Shown here: piece by piece, positions 54,069-64,000 of the stretch
Position numbering within the stretch: position 1 is the stretch's first letter
Layout of the letters: every line of letters begins with the position of its first letter
NCBI RefSeq assembly: GCF_963921235.1
Contig: NC_086108.1
Span: forward strand, 65,164,001-65,228,000
Reading direction: 5' to 3'
Length of the DNA stretch: 64,000 nucleotides
Source of the DNA: Mobula hypostoma
Taxonomy: Eukaryota
Program-made: the position numbers and the translations under genes
Notes under the pieces: model-generated
Told to the model about the DNA's origin: nothing
Seen by the model: the letters and a program-made list of their open reading frames with translations, nothing else
The model's database searches: none

Positions 54069-56207
54069 TTAAAGGGCAGGACCTCCAGAGTTGTGATCTC
54101 ATGGTTGCTACCTGTGCCACGTGCTAGTGAGGTGAGAACTAGGAAGATTATACAGTTTAATACCTGGCTAAAGTGTTGGTGTAGGAGGGAGAGCTATTCT
54201 GGGTTGGATTGGGTGTTGTGCAATGAATCAGAGATTAGAGAGTTTAAGGTAAAATAACCCTTCGGGGTAAGTGATCGTAATATGATCAAATTCACCCTGA
54301 AATTTGAGAAGGAGAAGCTAAAGTCAGATGTATCAGTATTACAGTGGAGTAAAGGGAATTACAGAGACATGAGAGAGGAGTTGGCCAGAAGTGATTGGAA
54401 AAAAAGCACTGGCAGAGATGACAGCAGAGCGGCAATGGCTGGAATTTCTGGAAGCAATTCAGAAGGCACAGGATATATACGTCCCAAAGAGGAAGAAGTA
54501 TTCTAAAGGAAAGATGACATAACCATAACCAACAAGAGAAGTCAAAGCCAACATTAAAACCAAAGGGCATATATTAGAGCAAAAATTAGTGGGATGTTAG
54601 AGGATTGGGAAGCTTTTAAAAACCAACAGAAGGCAACTAAAAAAGTATTTAAGAAGGTAAAGATAGAATACGAAAGTAAGCTTGCCAGTAATGTTAGAGA
54701 GGATACCAAAAGTTTCTTCAGATACATAGAGTGTAAAAGAGTGGTGACAGTGGATATCAGACTGCTGGCAAATGATGCTGGAGAGGTAGTAATGGGAGAC
54801 AACAAAATGGCAGGTGAACTGAATAAGTATTTTGCATCAGTCTTCACTGTGGAAGACCGTACCAATATGGTAAAAGTTCCAGGTGTCAGGAGGCATGAAG
54901 TGTGTGAAGTTACCATAAGTAGAGAGAAGGCTCTTGGGAAACTGAAAAGTCTGAAGGGAGATAAGTTGTCTGGACCAGATGGTATACACCCCAGGGTTCT
55001 TTAAGAGGTGTCTGAAGAGACTGTGGAGGCATTAGCAATGATCTTTGAAGAATCACTAGATTCTGGGATGATTCCAGAAGACTGAAAAATTGCAAATATC
55101 ACTCCACTTTTCAAGAAGAGTGAGAGGCAGAAGAAGGGAAATTATAGGCCAGTTCGTCTGACTTCAGTGGTTGGGAAGATGTTGGAGTCGATTATTAAGG
55201 ATGAGTTCTCAAGGTACTTAGAGGCACATGATAAAATAGATGATATTCACCATGGTTTCCTCAAGGCAAAATCTTGTCTGTCAAATCTTTTGAAATTCTT
55301 TGAAGATGTAACAAGCAAGATAGACAAAAGAGAATCAGTTGATGCTGTGTACTTGGATTTTCAGAAGGCCTTTGACAAGGTGCCAAATATGATGCTGCTT
55401 AACAAATTATGAGCCCATAGTTTTACAGGAAAGATTCTAGCATTGATAAAGCAGTAGCTGATTGGCAGGTGACAAAGAGTGGGAATAAAGGAAGCATTTT
55501 CTGACTGGCTGCCAGTGACTAGTGGTGCTCCACAATGGTCTTTGATGGGACTGTTTCTTTTTATGTTATATGTCAATGGTTTGGATGATGGAATTGATGG
55601 CTTTGTTGCAAAGTTTGCAGACAATATGAAGATAGGTGGAGGGGCAGGTAGTTTTGAGGAAATAGAGGATACAGAAAGACTTAGACATTATAGGAGAATT
55701 GGCAAAGAAATGGCAGATGGAATAGAGTGTTGGGGTGCACTTTGGCAGAAGTGAAAGGGTTGATTATTTTCTAAAAGAAGAGAAAATATAAAAAAAACTG
55801 AGGTGCAAAAGGACTTGGGCATCCTAAAGGTTAATTTTCAGGTTGAGTTTGTGACTGGGTATTGAGAGGATGTTTACTGTGGTGGGAGAATCTAAGGCTA
55901 GAGGACACCATGTCAGAATACAGGGGCATCCTTTTAGAACAGAGATGAGGAGGAATTTCTTCATTCAGAGAGTGGTGAATCTGTGGAATTATTGGCCACA
56001 GGCAGCTGAGGAGGCCGGGTCTTAATGTATATTTAAGGTAGAGATTGAAATCTTCTTGACAGGTCAAGACATGAAGCGATATGGGGAGAAGGAAGGAGAT
56101 TGCGGCCCAGTGGAAAATTGGATCAGCCATGATAAAATAATGGAGCAGACCCGACAGGCCAAATGGCCCAATTCTGCTCCTCTGTCTTATGATCTTGTGG
56201 TCTTATG
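54069..56207 (+). mobile_element. CR1 LINE with several deletions (ORF1 remnant, ORF2, 3' UTR)
   Basis: Translates VVISWLLPVPRASE (ORF1) and ORFs 54594-55754 (ORF2), with a (TCTTATGG)-like tail. Confidence 0.92.
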
Positions 56208-57298
56208 TGTGTCCTCATAATCATAATCATTATGGAATCATTCTAGTGAACCACCTTTGGACTGTCTCCAATGCCAGTACATCTTTTCTTAGATAAGGGG
56301 CCCAAAACTCCTCACACTATTCCAAGTGTGGTTTGACCAATGCTTTATAAAGCCTCAGCATCACATCCTAGCTCATATATTCTTGCTCTCTTGAAATGAA
56401 TGCTAACATTGCATTTGCCTTCCTTACCACTGTCTCAACCTGCAAGTTCGCCATTATGGAATACTGCACAAGGATTTCCAAGCCCCTCTGCTCCTCTGAT
56501 TTTTGGAATTTCTCCATATTTAGAAAATACTCCATGCCTTTATTCCTTCTATCAAAGTGCATGGCACACACTTCCCGACACTACATTGCATCTGCCACTT
56601 CTTTGCCTACTTCCCCAATCTGTTGAAGTCCTTTTGCAGACTCCCTGCTTCCTCAACACTACCTGCCCCTTAACCTATTTGTGTATAATCTGCAAACTTG
56701 GCCACGAAGCCATCAATTCTGCCATCCAAGTCATTGACATTTAATGTGAAATGAAGTGGTCCTCATCCCGATCTCTGTGGAGCACCAGTTGTCACTGACA
56801 GACAACCAGAATAGGTCCTGTTTATTCTGACTCTTATCTCCCCATGATATAATCTCCTCTACATCAGAGAAACTAAATTGAGATAGGATGACCACTGATA
56901 AGATGAAAATCATTCAGTCTAAAAGAGTCAACCTAGGCTACAGTCACTCAAACTGTGTTCTTATCGCACTCCCACTCGGACTTCTCTGTCTTTGGCCTTC
57001 TTTACTATTCCAAAGAAGATTATTCTAGGTGCAGTATCATTAGCATCCTTTATAATTGCAGTACTTTACCCTCATATTCAAATCCTCTTTAAATAAGTCC
57101 TGACAAAATCGTTGCTTTCCAAATTAATTGCAGCACCTGCTGAAGGGAAGGTGGGAGCAGATATGATACTTTATGCTTTGTACATTAGTTCTGTTTAAGA
57201 AGAATTTAGACAGGCACATGAAGTCCAGGGAATGGAGGGATCGTGATCATATGCAGATAGTGATGGGATTAGTTAAATTTGGCATCATAGTCAATATA

Positions 57299-57835
57299 CA
57301 CTGTGTCCATTTCATTATGTACAGAAGTGGAACCCGGTGTGGTCTTCTACTGCTGTAGCCAATGCACTTCATGGTTTGAGGTCTTGTGTGTTCAGAAATG
57401 CTCTTCTGCATTCCACTGTTGTAATGCATAGTAATTTCAGTTACTGTCTCCTTCCTGTCAGCTTGAACCAGTCTGGCCATTCTCCTCTGACCTCTCTCAT
57501 TAATTTCACTGACAGAACTACCAGGCACTGGATGTTTTTTTTCACTTTTTGCGCCATTCTTTGTAAATTCTATAGATTGTTGTACGTTAAAATTCTAAGG
57601 GATTATCAGTTTCTGAGAATAATCATTCCACTGTTAAAGTCACTTAGATCACATTTCTTCCCTATTCTAATGTTTGGTCTGAACAACAACTAAACTTCTT
57701 GACTATGTCTGCATGCTTTAATGTATTGAGTTGCTGCCACATGATTGGCTGCTTAGATATGTGGATTAATGAGTACCTAATTATGTACCTACCAATGTGT
57801 AATTAATGTGTACCTAATAAAGTGGCCATTGAGTG
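57299..57835 (-). mobile_element. Non-autonomous Tc1/mariner derivative
   Basis: ORF 57247-57528 contains GQRRMARLVQADRK...SISEHT (Tc1 HTH region). The right TIR is TACCTAATAAAGTGGCCATTGAGTG, the left TIR is degenerate, and both flanks are TA. Confidence 0.8.
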
Positions 57836-58454
57836 TATAGCTTGACTGATTCCAAAAGCATGGCATCATAGTATTTCTAAAGGTGGATCAGCATTTTTAG
57901 AAATGTTCAGGAAAATTCTTACATGTGAAAGACAGATAAAAAATCAGGTTTGTCCAGCTAACATCATTACGAAATTGTTAAACTGTTATATGTAGTTAAT
58001 ATAAATAGTTATTTAAATTGCAATTAATATTACAAATAAAATTCCATTATAAACTATACACTCTTGTAATTATGCAGATAGTAACTACTGAGTTATTTAT
58101 GAAGGAAAAGATTCAGTTAGTTAAATTGAATCTACACACAGATGGATGATAACTACATCTGGCATGTGTGTCTGGATGTAAGGAAAATGCATCAAGAAAA
58201 GTTTTAAAACAAGCCTGTTTTGCAAACACCAGAAAAATGGATTGAAACCAAGCTACCACCAAGTTAGGAATGGAAAGGCAATAAAGTCAATTACAAACAT
58301 GGAAAGTAACAACAAATGTAGAAGAATACCTTTTGCTATTTTTTTTATTGGTGAGGAGTTAAGAAAACCTGCTGGGTCAATTTTTAGTGTTGTGAACTAC
58401 TTATTTTGATGTAGAAAAGGAGCTACAAACAATAGAAAGAGGACAAATTTTTAC

Positions 58455-58499
58455 CTCATGTGAAGCAAATGGATATGCATAAATGCACTTCTGGGACAT
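58455..58499 (-). CDS. Candidate 45-nt exon
   Basis: Acceptor CATTTTTTCCTGTAG and donor GAG|GTAAAA. Open as MSQKCIYAYPFASHE or CPRSAFMHIHLLHM. Confidence 0.3.
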
Positions 58500-59583
58500 C
58501 TACAGGAAAAAATGTATCTATATTCTTTTAGGATAACTTTAGAAACTCAATACATACTGGTGGGAACTTTCAGAAGAGCTATATCATTTAATAGAATGTG
58601 ACTAATTTTCATAACTTTTAATCATACATCAGGACATATGATCTGAATTACACACTATATCATTTTATTTTTTAATGAACTATGAATAGTGCCACATGAT
58701 GATAGGACAACTAAGGTGAAGGAAGTAAAACAAGCACATTATAAAGATCATGCCAGGGTCTTGCATCACAATCCCAGTGTACAGTGCCCATAAAAAGTAT
58801 TCAGCCCCCTTGGAAGTTTTCATGTTTTGTTGTTTTACAACATTGAATCAGAGTTGATTTAATTTGGCTTTTTTTTGACACTGATCAATAGGAAAATAAC
58901 CTTTCAGGTCAAAGTGAAAACAGATCTTCACAAAATGATCTAAATTAATTATAAATACAAAACTCAAAAGAATTGATTACATAAGTATTCACCCACCTTT
59001 AATATGACACCAAATCATCACTGGTGCAGCCAATTAGTTTTAGAAATCACATAATTAGACTATAGATCATAAGACCATTTGACAGTTGAATGGAGATCTG
59101 TTTTTAGAGACCTGTGTGCAGTCAAGGTGTTTCAATTGCTTGCAGTAAAAATACACCTGTATCTGGAATGTCCAACTGATAGTGAGTCAGCATCCTGGCA
59201 AAAACTACACCATGAGACAAAAGGACACTCTAAGCAACTCTGCAAAAAAGTCATTGAAAAGTACAAGTCAGGAGATGGATACAAGAAAATTTTCAAGTCA
59301 GTGACAAATAAGTCAATCATCAAAAAATGGAAAGACTATGGCACTGTTGTAAATCTGCCTTGAGCAGGCCTTCCGCAAAAACGGAGTGACCATGCAAGAA
59401 GGGGACTAGTGAGGGAGACCACCATGACAACTTTGGAGGAGTTACAAGCTTTGGTGGCTGAGATGGCAGAGACTGTGCATACTGTTAACACGAGGAATTC
59501 TGCAGATGCTGGAAATTCAAGGAACACACATCAGAGTTGCTGGTGAACGCAGCAGGCCAGGCAGCATCTCTAGGAAGAGGCAC

Positions 59584-59619
59584 AGTCGATGTTTCGGGCC
59601 GAGACCCTTCGTCAGGACT
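59584..59619 (-). ncRNA. Minimal type I hammerhead ribozyme motif
   Basis: Reads AGUC-CUGACGA-A-GGGU-CUCG-GCCC-GAAA-CAUC-GACU: core boxes intact, and helices I and II pair. Confidence 0.8.
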
Positions 59620-60112
59620 AACTGAAGGAAGATCTAGTAAGAGATTTGAAAGTGGGAGTTTTTGAAACCCATTCCCATTCTGATATGTCTATCCACGGCC
59701 TCCTCTACTGTAAAGATGAAGCCACACTCAGATTGGAGGAACAACACCTTATATTCCGTCTGGGTAGCCTCCAATCTGATGGCATGAACATCGACTTCTC
59801 TAACTTCCGCTAAGGCCCCACCTCCCCCTCATACCCCATCCGTTATTTATTTATATACACACATTCTTTCTCTCACTCTCCGTTTTCTCCCTCTGTTCCT
59901 CTGACTATACCTCTTGCCCATCCTCTGGGTTTCCCCCGCCTCCCCCTTTTCCTTCTCCCTGGGCCTCCTGTCCCATTATCCTCTCATATACCTTTTGCCA
60001 ATCACTTGTCCAGCTCTTGTCTCCATCCCTCCCCCTCCTGTCTTCTCCTATCATTTTGGATCTCCCCCTCTCCCTCCCACTTTCAAATCTCTTACTAGCT
60101 CTTCCTTCAGTT

Positions 60113-60148
60113 AGTCCTGACAAAGGGTCTCGGCCTGAAACGTCGACT
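60113..60148 (+). ncRNA. Minimal hammerhead ribozyme motif with a core mutation (G8A)
   Basis: Reads AGUC-CUGACAA-A-GGGU-CUCG-GCCU-GAAA-CGUC-GACU. Confidence 0.7.
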
Positions 60149-61439
60149 GTACCTCTTCCTAGAGATGCTGCCTGGCCTGCTGCGTTCACCAGCAACTTTG
60201 ATGTGTGTTGCTGTGCATGCTGTTGTTCAGGTGCTTCAGCAGTCACAGCTTTATGAGAAGGTGGCAAAGAGAAAGGCAATGCTGAAAAAACTCACATGAA
60301 ATCTCGGCTAGGGTTTGTCAAAAGGCATGTGGAAGACTCTGAAGTCATTTGGAAGAAGGTTCTGTAGTCTGATGAATCCAAAATTGAGCTTTTGGGCCAT
60401 CGGTCTAAGTGCCATGTTTGGCGTAAGCCAAACACTGCACATCATCAAAAAGATATTGTCCCTACTGTGAAGCATTTTGGTGGCTGCATCATGCTCTGGG
60501 GATGCTTCACTGCAGCAGGCCCTGGAAGGCTTGTGAAGATAGAGGGTTAAATAAATGCAGCAAAATCCAGGGAAATCCTGGAGGAAAATCTGATGCAGTC
60601 TGCAAGAGAACTGCGATTTGGGAGAAGATTTGTTTTCCAGCAAGACAATGACCCCAAGCATAAAGCCAAGGCTACACAGAAATGGCTTAAAAACAACAAA
60701 GTTAATGTCCTGGAGTGGCCAAGTCAGAGACCAGACCTCAAACTAATTGAGAATTTGTGGCACAACTTGAAAAGGGCTGTTCACTCAAAATCACCATACA
60801 ATCTGGCAGAGGTTGAGCAGATTTCTCAGGAAGAATGGGGGGAAATTGCAGTGTCCAGATGTACAAAGCTGATAGAGACCTATCCACACAGACTCAAGGC
60901 TGAAATTGCTGCCAATGGTGCATCTACTAAATACTGACTTGCAGGGGGTGAATACTTTTGCAATCAATTATTTTGTGTCTTATATTTGTAATTAATTTAG
61001 ATCACTTTGTAGAGGTCTGTTTTCACTTTGACACGAAAAAGTCTTTTTCTGTTGATTAGTGTCAAAAAATGCCAAATTAAATCCATCGTGATTCAATATT
61101 GTAAAACAATAAAACATGAAAACTTCCGGAGGGGCGGGGTGAGTAATTTTTATAGGCACTGTATATTCTGTCATCCTTTGCCACCAGCTGGGCAGAACCA
61201 CTATGACTGGGAAAGCAAAAAGTTAAGGAACAGAGTAGAAGAGGCTATGGATGTAGGGAGGGATTTGCCCTGGGGATCCAAAACATTGACTCCAGACCTC
61301 TTAAAAGATATTTCATCTGGTCAGAAATAGGCAAGATAACCTACTAATTATGATCTCCTTATTTGATTGAACCAACATTGAACAATATTTGCAAGAAGCA
61401 CTGAAAGCAGCTTGTGCACAGATCGTGCTCTGAGATGGG

Positions 61440-62000
61440 GAACTTCAAAATTCGAGTACACATTATCAAAGAATATATAAATTATACAACCTTGAGATTT
61501 GCTTCCTCACAGGTAGTCACAAAGCAAGAAACCCAAAAGAACTCAATTAAAGAAAAAAATAATAAAAATAAAAAGATCAACATCCGATGTGCAGGAGAAA
61601 GAAAAAAAAAACAAATCATGCAAACAATTGAAACAAACAACAGCATTCCAAACCAAATTGAGTCCTCAGATCTGAACCCTGGAGCAGTCCAGAGTAGGCC
61701 CAAAGCCTCACTTATCAATTCATCATATTAGTTGTCATGTAGCACAGCTGCCAAGTCAGTCTTCATAGTCTCAGCGCCAGGGAGAGAAGAGTGACCATTG
61801 CAAAGAGCAAACAAAATTGGCTCTCACCCTGGATCCGAACTCCCCGTCTTTTCAATCTTTCTGGGCCAGCGCTTAAATTGACTAAACAATGTAACAGCAA
61901 AAGGCTCTGGCACCAAGGAGAGAGGAGTGACCATTGCAGAGAGTGAACAAAATAGGCTCTTGCCTCTGATCAGGGCCGGTGTTTAATTTGTCTAAACTGC
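61440..62000 (-). mobile_element. Non-coding retroposon with a Rex1-type tail ('family C'), probably continuing after 62625
   Basis: The 3' end resembles 11033-11130 (AATCTCAAGG...TGATAA...TTTGAA on the minus strand). The body is non-coding and has an internal direct repeat. Confidence 0.5.
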
Positions 62001-62002
62001 AA

Positions 62003-62624
62003 ATTAGATTAGACTATGAGGACATGCAATCTTCTTTTATTGTCATTTAGTAATGCATGCATTAAGAAATGATACACTATTCCTCCAGTATGTTATCACA
62101 GAAACACAAGACAAACCAAGACTAAAAAAACTGACAAAAACCACATAATTATAACATATAGTTACAACAGTGCAAAGCAATACCGTAATTTGATAAAGAA
62201 CAGACCATGGGCACAGTAAAAAAAAGTCTCAAAGTCTCTTGAAAGTCCCATCATCTCACACAGACGGTAGAAGGAAGAAAAACTCTCCCTGCCATGAACC
62301 TCCAGTGCCGCAAACTTGCCAGTGCAGCACCCGGGAGGCACCCGACCACAGCCAACTCTTGAGTCTGTCCGAAAACTTCGAGCCTCCGACCAGCCCTCTG
62401 ACACTGAGCACCATCTCTGCCGAGCGCTTCGACCCTGGCCCCGGCAACAGGCAATAGGCAAAAGCCAAGGATTTGGGGCCTTCCCCTCCGGAGATTCTTG
62501 ATAGCGGTGGCAGCGAAGCAGGCATTTCAGAAGTTTCTGCAGATGTTCCTCTGCGCTTCTCATGTCTGTCTCCATCAAATCAGGATTGTGCACTGCGTCG
62601 CGCCACCATCTTCTCCTCCCCTCC
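62003..62624 (-). mobile_element. Family A non-coding retroposon, copy 4
   Basis: The reverse complement is colinear with 21945-22574 and 37613-38303. Confidence 0.88.
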
Positions 62625-62999
62625 GTACCTTGCACTAGGACCCATTGCCCAGCATCAACAGCAGCTTAGTTCCACTATTACTGACTGTGTTGACCAGATC
62701 CTGAAGGTCATAAAATAGTATCAGACGCCACGAAACCCTGTAACTTCAAAGCCCAGCATCTCTTTCAATCTACTGTTAAAATCAGGCCAAGCAATCAATC
62801 AAAGTTGAATTAAGAGCACAGGGAGATGGGAGTTGCAGGAAGAACCAGGAGCTGCACAATGCATATCTAAAAATGAGGAGACAACCGGGTATAGCTGCAT
62901 ATGAGTTAGACAGATGGTTGCAAGATACAACTACCTGAATGCAAAAGGCAAGGGTAAGAGATCTTACAGAAAACAGATCACCTCAAAGCCTTACAGTCC

Positions 63000-63295
63000 T
63001 ACTAGGTTCAGCTGCGAATGATGGTGAACAACTAGACAATGGAAGAGACTTTCCAACCTCACCAACATTAGGGCCAGAAGATCACTGATAAAGACAAGGA
63101 CAAAGCATTTGTAATCATGTTCTGTCAGATGTGCTGAATGATTCCACTTCCCTTGAGATCCCGACTACCTTAGAAGCCAGCTTCAAACTATTCAATTTAC
63201 TCCATGCAATGTCAGGAAAAGACTGATAATAATGGATACTGTAAAGGCTATGTATCCAGTTAAAATCCCACTACAATAATGAGGACTTCCAGTAA
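63000..63295 (+). mobile_element. Ancient CR1-clade fragment
   Basis: Similar to 16500-16650; GGATACTGTAAAGGCTATG encodes a DTVKAM motif upstream of the RT. Confidence 0.5.
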
Positions 63296-64000
63296 GATGC
63301 GTGCTAACCAAAGGTGTTTTTGTCTTTTTTAATGCTTTTTTTTTTACGATCGCAGGACAATGCTGGACATTAAAAACTTCAGTTACTGTATGTCTGCCAC
63401 ATTAGCAAGCTGCTTGTTGGTGGAGGAGCTGGAGGAATTGGATTTTGTGCAGACCATGTTACTGCCTACAACAGGAAGGCATCAGAGTCAATGCACGAAG
63501 GCAATCGCAGTCTAACTGTGAGTGATTGTCTTGGACACTTCTCTTGTGATCACAAGACCCTGTTGGACATTGTTAATGTAAAGTGCTGCAAGTCTGTTTC
63601 CCTTGTTTATTGACAAGACAGACACTTGGGGAATTGCACGGCCACAGTCGTAGAGAGGTCTACATCTCAAGCAGAGGAGTTGCTGATGGCAGTATAGTGC
63701 AACAGTAGAAGACAGTATCCATACTGGGTCAGGGCTGCCCCTGTTGGTGCTGTCCCCTAGTGTTCAATTGGTGTAATGACAAACTGGATTGCAAGCATGT
63801 GTGCAAATGTTCATCTGCATACTGCTGAGAAACGTTCGTTCCTGTCAATAACACCCATGCACCATCAATTCGTGGAACACATCTCTCAGACACTCGGGCT
63901 TTATATTGTTTAGCAAGACTGTATGTTTTACTGCTGCCTTATATGTGCTATACATGCCTTGAGTTGTGTATGACTGTCGGTCGTGTGATTTGCATCTTGG

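Larger units (their letters stand above)
51080..56830 (-). mobile_element. One CR1 LINE in three pieces (51080-51259, 53774-54068, 56233-56830)
   Basis: The pieces join colinearly against the uninterrupted copies at 32600-33600 and 40525-41060. A (CCATAAGA)n tail lies at 51080. Confidence 0.85.
59487..60210 (+). mobile_element. Penelope-like element (3' fragment) with an inverted terminal repeat, inserted in the Tc1 transposase
   Basis: 59670-59813 encodes the GIY-YIG C-terminus HSHSDMSIHGLL...RLEEQHLIFRLGSLQSDGMNIDF. Inverted repeat 59523-59658 / 60074-60209. 14-bp TSD CTGTGCAT(A/G)CTGTT at 59473-59486 and 60211-60224. Confidence 0.92.
58782..61161 (+). mobile_element. Full-length but defective Tc1 transposon (IR/DR type, DD34E-type)
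   Basis: TIRs of about 215 bp starting CAGTGCC, with TA flanks. Transposase remnants at 59213-60937 include YKSGDGYKKI, SDES, FQQDNDPKH and WPSQRPDLKLIENLW. Confidence 0.95.

Noticed and set aside
63310..64000. Possible further non-coding repeat with an internal GGACATT duplication
   Set aside because: Single copy in the window, runs off the edge, and the termini are undefined.

Overview
This is AT-rich vertebrate DNA, with no prokaryotic genes, rRNA or CRISPR arrays. The repeat families suggest a cartilaginous fish, probably a ray (inference). About half the window is decayed and often nested transposable elements: CR1 and Rex1/Babar LINE fragments, Penelope-like elements carrying minimal hammerhead ribozyme motifs, two Tc1/mariner elements, a TTA-flanked DNA transposon, a Sola-like DNA transposon, a hAT-Charlie MITE, a tRNA-derived SINE and LTRs (two clear solo LTRs). 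There are also at least two multi-copy non-coding retroposon families (about 620-820 bp) with a GATGGCG (YY1-like) head and Rex1-type tails. No intact protein-coding gene is evident; the ORF track is almost all TE debris or chance ORFs. Four small minus-strand exon candidates suggest the window may lie inside a large host gene, which I cannot identify. Boundaries without a stated TSD or TIR are approximate.
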